From NCBI GenBank assembly GCA_947482665.1, contig CANKJK010000005.1, forward strand, positions 222-64,221: a stretch of 64,000 bases of DNA, given 5' to 3'. This document shows, one piece after another, positions 29,795-36,881 of the stretch; within the stretch, counting starts at the first letter, position 1, and every line of letters begins with the position of its first letter. This stretch comes from Acidobacteriota bacterium. GTDB taxonomy: Bacteria; Acidobacteriota; Vicinamibacteria; Vicinamibacterales; UBA2999. The notes under the pieces were generated by a model. That model made no database searches and was not told where the DNA came from. It worked only from the letters and a program-made list of their open reading frames with translations. The position numbers and the translations under genes are program-made.

Positions 29795-31033
29795 GTGACT
29801 GATTCTTCTGAGCCCCGCCGCCCGCGCCGGCGCCGCGGTCCCGGGGGCGGCTCCAGCAAGCCCGCCGCCTTCGCCAAGCCTGACACGACACCGGTCGCCT
29901 ATGAAGAGGCTGTGTTTGACCCGGCCCCGATTCCGTTCGATCAGCTGAACATCGACCCGCGCCTGCTGGCAGGCACGAAAGACCTCGGCTGGCCCGCGAC
30001 GCGCCCCGTGCAGAGCGGCGTCATCCCCTACGCGTTGGCCGGACGCGATGTCATCGCCTGCGCTGAAACCGGCACGGGCAAAACGGCGGCGTTCCTTATT
30101 CCGGTGCTCCAGCGATTCCTCCAGGCCGACGCGAGCCGGACGGCCGCCACGCGCGCGCTCATCCTCGCGCCGACCCGCGAACTCGCCCAGCAGATCGAAG
30201 ACCAGGTCCAGGGCCTGACCTACCACACCACCATCTCCAGCGTGGCCGTCTTCGGCGGCGTGCCGATGACCGCGCAGGAGCAGGCCCTCAAGGCGGGTGT
30301 CGACATCGTGGTCGCCACGCCGGGGCGGCTGATGGATCACATGCGGCACGACTCGGTGTCGTACACGGCGCTCGAGGTCCTCGTGCTCGACGAAGCGGAC
30401 CGGATGCTCGACATGGGCTTCTGGCCCGACGTCCAGCGGATCTTCACCGCCCTCCCGGCGACGCGGCAGACGCTGCTCTTCTCGGCGACGATGCCCGGCG
30501 AAGTCCTGAAGCTCACCAAGGACTTCCTGCGGGATCCCGCCTACGTGCAGGTCGGCCGCCGTGGCGGCCCGGCCAAGAGCGTCACCCACACCGTCCACAC
30601 ACTGCCGACCAGCGAGAAGGCGCACTGGCTGGCCCGCTGGATCCGGGACGACTCACAGGGACCGGTGCTGGTGTTCTGCCGGACGAAGATCGGCGCGGAC
30701 AAGCTGGCCAGCCGTCTCGGCTCAATGGGGATCCGGACCGCCGCGCTCCATGCGGACCGTACCCAGCAGCAGCGCATGGCCGCGGTGGAAGCCTTCCGCT
30801 CTGGCACCTACCCCGTGCTGGTCGCCACCGACGTCGCCGCGCGCGGCCTGGATATCGATGGCATCGCCCACGTGGTCAACTTCGAGGTGCCGGACACGCC
30901 GGAAACCTACGTGCACCGCGTGGGCCGCACGGGCCGGGCGGACGCCACGGGCCACGCCATGACGCTGGCCTCGCCGGATGAAATGAAGAACCTCAGGGCA
31001 CTGGAGTCCGCGCTGGGCGTGGTGCTCGGATGA
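29795..31033 (+). CDS. DEAD-box ATP-dependent RNA helicase (RhlE-like)
   Basis: AETGTGKTAAF, PTRELA, VLDEADRMLDMGF, FSAT, VATDVAARGLDI and HRVGRTGRA are present. Confidence 0.92.
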   Translation: MTDSSEPRRPRRRRGPGGGSSKPAAFAKPDTTPVAYEEAVFDPAPIPFDQLNIDPRLLAGTKDLGWPATRPVQSGVIPYALAGRDVIACAETGTGKTAAFLIPVLQRFLQADASRTAATRALILAPTRELAQQIEDQVQGLTYHTTISSVAVFGGVPMTAQEQALKAGVDIVVATPGRLMDHMRHDSVSYTALEVLVLDEADRMLDMGFWPDVQRIFTALPATRQTLLFSATMPGEVLKLTKDFLRDPAYVQVGRRGGPAKSVTHTVHTLPTSEKAHWLARWIRDDSQGPVLVFCRTKIGADKLASRLGSMGIRTAALHADRTQQQRMAAVEAFRSGTYPVLVATDVAARGLDIDGIAHVVNFEVPDTPETYVHRVGRTGRADATGHAMTLASPDEMKNLRALESALGVVLG

Positions 31034-31254
31034 GCGACCCGGTCACGCCGTCTCCCGCCGTCGTGCGGTTCCGGTCCTGTCGCTGGTATCAGCCGCCCGA
31101 AGCGGGCGCCCCGGAGTTCTGCACCCACCGCGAGGTGAAGCCGTACGCGGGCACGACGACCTTCGACGCCGACGCCTGGTGCCCGGACTGCGCGCACTAC
31201 AAGGTGCGGCGCACACCGAAGAAGCGCGACCCGAACGACGCGTTCGGCTACTGA
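31030..31254 (+). CDS. Small Cys4 protein (possible zinc ribbon), translationally coupled to the helicase
   Basis: 74 aa with an ATGA overlap onto the helicase stop. Cysteines lie in SCRWY...EFCTH...AWCPDCAHY. Confidence 0.45.
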   Translation: MSDPVTPSPAVVRFRSCRWYQPPEAGAPEFCTHREVKPYAGTTTFDADAWCPDCAHYKVRRTPKKRDPNDAFGY

Positions 31255-31267
31255 CGCGCCGGCGCCG

Positions 31268-32377
31268 CTATTCCGAGAATTCCTTCGCCAGTTCGACCCA
31301 CTCGCCCGTCGGGGCGAGCTGTTGGTAGGCCTTCCAGTGCAGCCGGGCCTCCGCGGAACGTGCCGCCTTCTCCAGCGTGACCGCCAGATAAAAGTGGGCG
31401 TCGGCGTACCCGGGATTGAGACGAAGCGACTCCCGATACGCCGCCTGGGCCTCCGGGTATCGTCCGAGGTCGTGATAGATGTTTCCGAGGTTGTAGTGCG
31501 CCTCGAACATATCCGGATCGATGGCCGTGGCTCGCTCATAGAGCGCCTGCGCCTCGGCCGCTTCGTCACGGGAGTAGTGGATGTTGGCGAGATTCACGAG
31601 CGCCGGCACCAGATAGGGGTCGAGTTCGAGCGCGCGCCGGTAGGCCTGGGCCGCCTCCTGCTGCCCCTCGGCATCCCCGTTGTCCAGGATTGAGCCCGCG
31701 AGGAAGAACTGCTCGGCCTGCGAGGCGGCTTCGTGGGGCACGTGGCCCAGCATCGCCGCCATCGGCGGAGGCGCCTTGGGAGTCAGCGTGACAATGCGCG
31801 CTGGCTCGGCATCGAGCCGGAAGTCGAAGACCAACTGGCCTCTGTGGGCCGCGAGCAGCGATCGCAGCACCGACCTGAAGGAGGCCCCGCCCGCCAGTTC
31901 AGCATCGGCCTGGCGAATCGTGCTCAGGTCCTGGAAGGCAAAGAAGCTCTCCGCCTGCGTCCGGTAGACCGGCTTCACGAGGCCCCACTTCTGCAGATAC
32001 TCCACATGATCCGGGCGCAGGTGCCGGTACCGCTCCAGCAGATCGCGTCGCGAGTGGTACTGCGCACGCAGCGCCGTCGGTGACGGCAGATCGGCCAGTT
32101 CGCAGAACTGGTCCTCGGTCAGCACGCGCACGCGTCCAGGCGTCTGCGCATTGATCTGGTCGACGCGACGGCGGCGTCCGCCGCCCTCTTTCGCGCTGAC
32201 GCAGACCGTGACGGCGTCCGTCACTTCCTCGCATACCTCGGCGCCCAGATGGCGTGCCAGCTGTTGTGCTTCCGTACGGTCGAGTGTGAGGAGTCGGCCG
32301 GCAAAGACCAGCGTCTCACCCATGAGCGGACGATCAGTGGTGTCGATGAGACTGGGAACGGCCACGTGCACGCTCAC
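31268..32377 (-). CDS. BRCT domain + MerR-like HTH segment + TPR-repeat protein
   Basis: GTG start. N-terminal segment GETLVFAGRLLTLDRTEAQQLARHLGAEV is BRCT-like. The central segment HVEYLQKWGLVKPVYR...FFAFQDLSTIRQ is MerR-like. The C-terminus carries several TPR units (AQAYRRALELDP, ALYERATAIDP, AAYRESLRLNP). Confidence 0.7.
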   Translation of the reverse strand: MSVHVAVPSLIDTTDRPLMGETLVFAGRLLTLDRTEAQQLARHLGAEVCEEVTDAVTVCVSAKEGGGRRRRVDQINAQTPGRVRVLTEDQFCELADLPSPTALRAQYHSRRDLLERYRHLRPDHVEYLQKWGLVKPVYRTQAESFFAFQDLSTIRQADAELAGGASFRSVLRSLLAAHRGQLVFDFRLDAEPARIVTLTPKAPPPMAAMLGHVPHEAASQAEQFFLAGSILDNGDAEGQQEAAQAYRRALELDPYLVPALVNLANIHYSRDEAAEAQALYERATAIDPDMFEAHYNLGNIYHDLGRYPEAQAAYRESLRLNPGYADAHFYLAVTLEKAARSAEARLHWKAYQQLAPTGEWVELAKEFSE

Positions 32378-32394
32378 TATAATTCAGGTGACAC

Positions 32395-33342
32395 ATGCTG
32401 CTGGCCGCTGACATCGGAGGAACCCACGCCCGTGTAGGCCTCTTCACGGATGCCGACACGCCGCGCGCTGTCAGCCTGCGGCAGTACCCGACACCCGCGC
32501 TCGGCTCGTTTGCGGATCTGCTGGCCCGCTTCACCGCGGACGAAGGCGGCCGCGTCCCGGTCACGGCGGCCGCCATCGGCATCGCGGGCCCGGTCCGCGC
32601 TGGTGAAGCCAGGCTCACCAACGGTACGTGGGGTACATCCGTTGATGCGGTCAGCCGGGCCTGCGGAACCACCCGTGTGCGCCTCATCAACGACCTCGCC
32701 GCCCTGGGCTGGAGCACGCTCTCGCTCGAGATGTCGGCATGCGTCACGCTCCAGACGGGAGTCCCTGAGACAAATGGCCCTGTCGGCGTCATCGCACCTG
32801 GCACCGGACTCGGAGAAGCCCTGGTCATCCGATCCGGCGACGCCGTCACGGTGATGCCCACGGAGTCCGGCCATGCGGATTTCGCGGCGCGCAGCGACCG
32901 TGAATGGACGCTGGCCGCCAGGCTGCTGGCGCGCCGTGGCCGCGCCACGGTCGAGGACGTACTGAGCGGACCTGGACTGCGGACCATCGCAGCGCTCACC
33001 CATGGCGACCGGTCCTGCGGGGCTACATCACCCGAAGCGATCATGCAGGCCGGACTCACACACGCCTGTGCAGCGTGCGAGGACGCACTCGGGATCTTTG
33101 CCGTCGCGCTGGGTGCCGAAACCGGCAACCTCGCGCTCCGGACGCTCGCGACCGGCGGCATCTTCATCGGCGGCAGCCTCGCGAGCGCCCTTCTGCCACT
33201 GCTCCACTCGCCACTCTTTCTCGATGCCTTCCGAACCAAGGCGCCGATGGCAGACCTTGTTTGCCGCATCCCCGTGCACGTCATCACCGACCCACAGGCG
33301 GGCCTGCTCGGCGCGGCGGTGGCGGCGCGCCGGGCGCCATGA
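32395..33342 (+). CDS. glk: Glucokinase
   Basis: MLLAADIGGTHARVGLF...AAIGIAGPV...LTNGTW...RLINDLAA...APGTGLGEA...ESGHADFA. Confidence 0.88.
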   Translation: MLLAADIGGTHARVGLFTDADTPRAVSLRQYPTPALGSFADLLARFTADEGGRVPVTAAAIGIAGPVRAGEARLTNGTWGTSVDAVSRACGTTRVRLINDLAALGWSTLSLEMSACVTLQTGVPETNGPVGVIAPGTGLGEALVIRSGDAVTVMPTESGHADFAARSDREWTLAARLLARRGRATVEDVLSGPGLRTIAALTHGDRSCGATSPEAIMQAGLTHACAACEDALGIFAVALGAETGNLALRTLATGGIFIGGSLASALLPLLHSPLFLDAFRTKAPMADLVCRIPVHVITDPQAGLLGAAVAARRAP

Positions 33343-34034
33343 CCCGCTGGAAGACCGTCGCCCTCCTGCTCGCGCTCACGGCATCGCTCGCGCGCGCACA
33401 GCCCTCCCAGGCGCCATCCACGTCTCCGCGAGTGGGCGCGGCGATCCGGGATTCCCTGCTGCTCCTTGCCGTCGAGCATGGCGTACGCATCGTCGGCCAG
33501 GACAAGACACGCCGCGAACTGGGCGGGCCGTTCTGGTCTGACTATCAACGCTCGGTGCGCGTGCCCCAGGCCTGGGAGGACGGCGACGCGTGGTATGTGA
33601 ACTACATCGGACATCCCCTGCACGGCGCCGCCGCGGGCATGGTCTGGAATGCGCACGACCCGGCAGCCCGTGACGCACGGTTCGGGCTGAACACGCACTA
33701 CTGGGCCACGCGGTGGCGCCCGCTGGTCTGGAGCGCGGTCTACAGTCTGCAGTTCGAAGTGGGTCCGGTGAGCGAGGCCTCGATTGGCAACGTGGGTCTC
33801 CATCCAAACACGATCGGCTGGGTGGACTACGTGGTGACGCCGGTCGGAGGGATGGGCATTGCCGCGGCCGAGGACGCGCTCGACCGGTACTTTCTTGAGT
33901 GGTTTGAACGCCGGGTGCGGAACCGGGTCTGGCGCGCGTCGATGCGGATGGTCTTCAATCCTTCACGGACGATGGCCAACACCGCACTCCGCAAGGCGCC
34001 CTGGCACCGCGACCACCGATCGCTCTCGGAGTAG
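33339..34034 (+). CDS. Secreted hypothetical protein (coupled to glk by ATGA overlap)
   Basis: MTRWKTVALLLALTASLARAQP is a signal peptide. 231 aa, Trp/His-rich. No family was recognised. Confidence 0.55.
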   Translation: MTRWKTVALLLALTASLARAQPSQAPSTSPRVGAAIRDSLLLLAVEHGVRIVGQDKTRRELGGPFWSDYQRSVRVPQAWEDGDAWYVNYIGHPLHGAAAGMVWNAHDPAARDARFGLNTHYWATRWRPLVWSAVYSLQFEVGPVSEASIGNVGLHPNTIGWVDYVVTPVGGMGIAAAEDALDRYFLEWFERRVRNRVWRASMRMVFNPSRTMANTALRKAPWHRDHRSLSE

Positions 34035-34047
34035 GACCGCGGTGGGA

Positions 34048-34608
34048 ATGACGCTCATCCGACCGTCGCACGCGTATCTGGCCAGCTATACCGCCGCGCT
34101 GGAACGAGGCTGGTCCCCGGACAACGTGCGCGGGCCGGCCGCCGCGCGCGAACAGTTGGCCGCCATCCTCACAGACCCTGATTCTTTCCTCGCGAGTCTC
34201 GTGGACCGGAAGGCAGCCGGCGACCCCATCGTGCTGCTGGACGGCACCACGGTCGACCGTCTCCCGGGCTACATCTCGTGGATGTGGGACGGTGAATTCT
34301 GCGGCAGCATCGGCTTCCGCTGGAAGCCGGGCACCGAGGCCCTGCCGCCAACCTGCCTCGGCCACATCGGCTACGCCGTGGTGCCGTGGAAGCGACAGCG
34401 CGGGTACGCCTCGGCCGCGCTCCACTCGCTCCTGCGGGAGGCTCGCGCGGAAGGCCTGCGCTACGTCGAACTCACGACCAGCCCGGAGAATTTGGCGTCG
34501 CAGCGCGTGATCACTGCCAACGGCGGAGTGTTCGTGGAGGAGTTCATCACGCCGGCCTCGCTCGGCAGCCATCGGGAGTGGCGCTACCGCATTCCGTTGG
34601 ACGGCTAA
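34048..34608 (+). CDS. GNAT-family N-acetyltransferase
   Basis: Start trimmed to MTLIRPSH. The segment IGYAVVPWKRQRGYASAALHSLLREARAEGLRYVELTTSPENLASQRVITANGG is the acetyl-CoA-binding motif region. Confidence 0.8.
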   Translation: MTLIRPSHAYLASYTAALERGWSPDNVRGPAAAREQLAAILTDPDSFLASLVDRKAAGDPIVLLDGTTVDRLPGYISWMWDGEFCGSIGFRWKPGTEALPPTCLGHIGYAVVPWKRQRGYASAALHSLLREARAEGLRYVELTTSPENLASQRVITANGGVFVEEFITPASLGSHREWRYRIPLDG

Positions 34609-34623
34609 GCAGCCGGACTCCCG

Positions 34624-35565
34624 CTACTCGGCGTAGAGCGCCCGGATGATCGGCGTAATCTCGTTGGGCAGCGTCGACCGCCAGGTTGGATAGAGCGCCT
34701 TCAGTTCCGGGACGAGCACCTTGACGACCTCGTCCACGGACTTCCCCTCGGCCTTGAGCGGCGCCACGCGCGCGGCCGCCTGATCCAGCATCGTGCGCAG
34801 CGGCGGAAAGACCGACGCATCGCCGTACGGGCCGTGGCTCGGGACGATCACCTTCGGCGTGAGCGCCTCGACGCGCGCCATGGCCTTCACGAAGGCCGCG
34901 CGCGAGGACACCTGGGAGAAGCTCGGAAATCGCCCTCTCGGCGCAAGGTCTCCCGCGAAGACCACGCCCTCGCCCTCGACGACGGCCACCGTGTCGCCCT
35001 TCGAGTGCGCCGGGCCCATCCACACGAGCCGCACCTTCACGCCGCCGAGATCGAGCACCTGCTGGTCTTCGAACACGATGCCGGGCGTGCGCAGCTTCGC
35101 GTCCTGGAGCAACTCACCAATGAAGGGTGACAGTTTCGCCATGCCGCCGAACCCCTGACGGTTGGTGACATCGAGTTCCTCCTGCTGGGCACGCGCCACG
35201 ACAAAGGTCGTCTCGGCCGGAAATCCGTCCATCCCAGAGACGTGTTCGGGATGCGCATGCGTCGTGACGAGATAGAGCTGGCGGTTGTGGCTCACCTTCG
35301 CCACCTCCGCCAGAATCGTGCGCGCGTTCCGGTTGCCCATGCCGGTATCGATCACCAGCGTGGCCTTCCGGCCCACGACGATGCCCACATTCGGCACGAG
35401 AATAACCTCAGGATCGGGGATCACCCAGGCATGCGCACTGAGCCGCACGGCCTTGCCCGAGATGAGTGGCGGCGGAAACTCGACAGGTGCCTGCGCCGCC
35501 AGGTTCGCGGCACCCACCACGGCAGCAACAACCGCCCACGCCAGCCTCGTGATCCACGTCTGCAT
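34624..35565 (-). CDS. Secreted MBL-fold metallo-hydrolase
   Basis: MQTWITRLAWAVVAAVVGAANLAAQA is a signal peptide. The THAHPEHVSG metal motif is present. The start was chosen at the ATG (complement of 35563-35565), 7 nt after TATGCT. An alternative ATG lies 12 nt upstream. Confidence 0.82.
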   Translation of the reverse strand: MQTWITRLAWAVVAAVVGAANLAAQAPVEFPPPLISGKAVRLSAHAWVIPDPEVILVPNVGIVVGRKATLVIDTGMGNRNARTILAEVAKVSHNRQLYLVTTHAHPEHVSGMDGFPAETTFVVARAQQEELDVTNRQGFGGMAKLSPFIGELLQDAKLRTPGIVFEDQQVLDLGGVKVRLVWMGPAHSKGDTVAVVEGEGVVFAGDLAPRGRFPSFSQVSSRAAFVKAMARVEALTPKVIVPSHGPYGDASVFPPLRTMLDQAAARVAPLKAEGKSVDEVVKVLVPELKALYPTWRSTLPNEITPIIRALYAE

Positions 35566-35654
35566 GGCGGACAGCATACACGCCGGCACAGGGAACCCGC
35601 AGCATCGGGCGCGCCCCCGGGGCGGGGGCGGCGCTGGACGCGCGCGACGGGCGG

Positions 35655-35810
35655 CTAGCCTCGCAGCGGATTGCGTCCCTGAATGACGCGGATGAGCACC
35701 GTCACGATCGCCAGCACGAGCAGGATATGGATGAAGCCGCCCATGGTGTAGGCGGTCGTGACACCGAGCAGCCACAAGACGAGCAAGACGACGAAGATGG
35801 TCCACAACAT
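35655..35810 (-). CDS. 51-aa small membrane protein (lmo0937-like family)
   Basis: Not in the ORF track (under 60 aa). Minus-strand translation is MLWTIFVVLLVLWLLGVTTAYTMGGFIHILLVLAIVTVLIRVIQGRNPLRG-stop, with two TM helices and a family-typical GGxIH motif. Confidence 0.6.
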   Translation of the reverse strand: MLWTIFVVLLVLWLLGVTTAYTMGGFIHILLVLAIVTVLIRVIQGRNPLRG

Positions 35811-36067
35811 GGCGGTCTTCTCCTGAGCCTGACGTGATTCAAACTACCGTGAACTGTTCCAGGGCCGGACCTGGATGAAGCCCGGAACCCGCGTCGAGAT
35901 GGCGTCATATCCCGACGACCCAGCCGCCGCAGTTCGGTCCGCATGGTGGCCTTCCCGGCTGCCGGATGTCCCGCCGCACGAGCCATCAGCATGGCCTCAT
36001 GCGGCAGGAGCCTTGGCTGTGTCGATCCCGGCCAGGTCACACGCGACCAGTCGGGACGCGTCTGTCC

Positions 36068-36466
36068 CTAGCGGCGGCCGCGGTTGCCGCCTCTGTCCGG
36101 ACCGTGGTCGTCGCGGTCATCACGACGCCTGTCCCTGTCCCAGCGGTGGTCATGCCCTCTGTTGCCGCGATCGCCGCGCCACTCACCGACGAAATACATA
36201 CCCTGTGAGTAGTACGGCGCGACCCAGTAGGCGCCCTCGTACGGGGGGCGGGTCCAGTAGCCGTCGTGCCAGCGATACGACCGCCCGTTCGGATACTGGT
36301 AGCCCTCGACCCAGATGTAGTCGGGACCGGGGCGGCGCGGCACTCGGTATGCGCGTTCTGCCGGTGGTTCGCCGATGCGAATACCAAAGGACACCTGCGC
36401 GTGCGCCAGAGGCGCAGGAGCGAGGAAGAGGACACCGAGAGCGAGTGCTTTCAGTAGTGGTTTCAT
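36068..36466 (-). CDS. Secreted YXWGXW-repeat-like protein with Arg/Asp-rich tail
   Basis: Start trimmed to MKPLLKALALGVLFLAPAPLAHA. Sequence shows YIWVEGYQYPNGRSYRWHDGYWTRPPYEGAYWVAPYY, then RWDRDRRRDDRDDHGPDRGGNRGRR. Confidence 0.65.
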   Translation of the reverse strand: MKPLLKALALGVLFLAPAPLAHAQVSFGIRIGEPPAERAYRVPRRPGPDYIWVEGYQYPNGRSYRWHDGYWTRPPYEGAYWVAPYYSQGMYFVGEWRGDRGNRGHDHRWDRDRRRDDRDDHGPDRGGNRGRR

Positions 36467-36630
36467 GTTTCGACAGTAGCGTTCCCCAGTTGTGCTCCGC
36501 TGTGTCGAAGAGGACAGGCATGGTCTGATACCGCCGCCATGATGAACTCCCGTGTCCGAGTGACCGCCGCAGTGGGCGCGGTCAGTCGATGGACACGCAA
36601 CCGGCGACAGCGCCAAGTCGGAGTACGCAC

Positions 36631-36837
36631 ATGTTGAACAAGGACGAGCGTCAGGGCAAGGTCGACGAGGTCAAAGGTCATATCAAGCAGGCAGTCGGCA
36701 CCGTGACGGGCAACCGCGCGCTGAAGACGGAGGGCAAGGTGGACGTTGCGGTCGGGAAAGTGGAATCCGCGTTCGGAAAGGCTGTACGGACAGCTGAAGG
36801 CGCCGCGACCGCCGCGGTCCGCAAGGTCAGGCGATAG
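36631..36837 (+). CDS. CsbD-family general-stress protein
   Basis: MLNKDERQGKVDEVKGHIKQAVGTVTGNRALKTEGKVDVAVGKVESAFGK. Confidence 0.85.
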   Translation: MLNKDERQGKVDEVKGHIKQAVGTVTGNRALKTEGKVDVAVGKVESAFGKAVRTAEGAATAAVRKVRR

Positions 36838-36845
36838 TGCGGGGT

Positions 36846-36870
36846 CCGGCGGCGCCAGCGGCGCCGCCGG
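36846..36870. terminator. Bidirectional GC hairpin between convergent genes
   Basis: ccggcggcgcc-agc-ggcgccgccgg is an 11-bp perfect stem with a 3-nt loop, lying between the CsbD stop and the TonB-receptor stop. Confidence 0.5.
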
Positions 36871-36881
36871 ATATCCGAGCG

